This document shows positions 63,501-64,000 of a DNA stretch of 64,000 nucleotides, piece by piece. The notes under the pieces were generated by a model. That model saw nothing but the letters and a program-made list of their open reading frames with translations. It made no database searches and was not told where the DNA came from. The position numbers and the translations under genes are program-made. Source of the DNA: Macrostomum lignano (Eukaryota); contig NIVC01000557.1 of assembly GCA_002269645.1 (NCBI GenBank), positions 186,001-250,000 on the forward strand, written 5' to 3'. Positions within the stretch are counted from its first letter, which is position 1. Every line of letters starts with the position of its first letter.

Positions 63501-64000
63501 AACCTCAATGTATTTGTAGCGTAAAGCGTATTCGCATTTAGAAAGTACATGTACGCTAGATTTATTTTTAGAATTAGAAAATCTTCCAGAAAATATGTTT
63601 TTAGTGCGAAGTTAAAGTTCATTTTAGAAATTTCCTTAAATTTAATTAAATGTTAATTTTACTATAAAATCCTAAATATAGAAGTTGTAATAATCGAATT
63701 TATTAATGCATTTTTACTGTAGAATTACGCATGAGTATTGAACGCAATTAACTTTGTTTTAATTAATGAAATTTCCAGAATTTTCCGGTTATATACAATA
63801 CATCACTATATAAAAAACTTAGACCAAATACTCAACTCGTTAAGTTTTCTTTTTCTTCTGAAAAGCTCAGAACCATCGCCTTTGCTCTCTCTATCTTTTG
63901 TTGACATCAACGTAGTTACAATTGGTCCGGTGAGGCGACACCAAAGATGTCCAACGAAGACTCAATTCAACCCGAAGCCGACGCACTCCAGGGTCAGGAC

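Overview
Eukaryotic (metazoan) genomic DNA with spliceosomal GT-AG introns and very dense mini/microsatellites. The style is compatible with a free-living flatworm such as Macrostomum, but that is an inference I cannot confirm. All exon chains below were traced by hand from splice sites and reading-frame phase. Left to right: (1) a BEN-domain-like ORF running off the left edge; (2) a 251-bp inverted-repeat element; (3) a six-exon minus-strand gene (3692-9200) whose five introns are all phase-compatible, giving one ~1430-1450 aa protein: unknown beta-rich domain, ankyrin repeats, cGAS-like/Mab-21 nucleotidyltransferase (cGLR), ankyrin repeats, Gly/Ser linker, caspase with intact His/Cys dyad. 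This is the most interesting item in the window; (4) ZC4H2 (4 exons), whose intron 2 holds a disabled RNase H-bearing LINE with a nested RTE-like fragment; (5) a near-identical 13-kb tandem duplication (21872-34861 / 34862-47853) that copies ZC4H2 exons 3-4 and the first MED19 coding exon, and so creates a potential MED19-ZC4H2 chimera; (6) complete MED19 and SCFD1/Sly1 genes; (7) a tandem cluster of C2H2 zinc-finger genes whose 84-bp finger units vary mainly at DNA-contacting positions -1/+3/+6 (PRDM9-like pattern, no SET domain visible). No rRNA, no credible tRNA gene and no CRISPR array. Most short ORFs in the track are translations of satellites.
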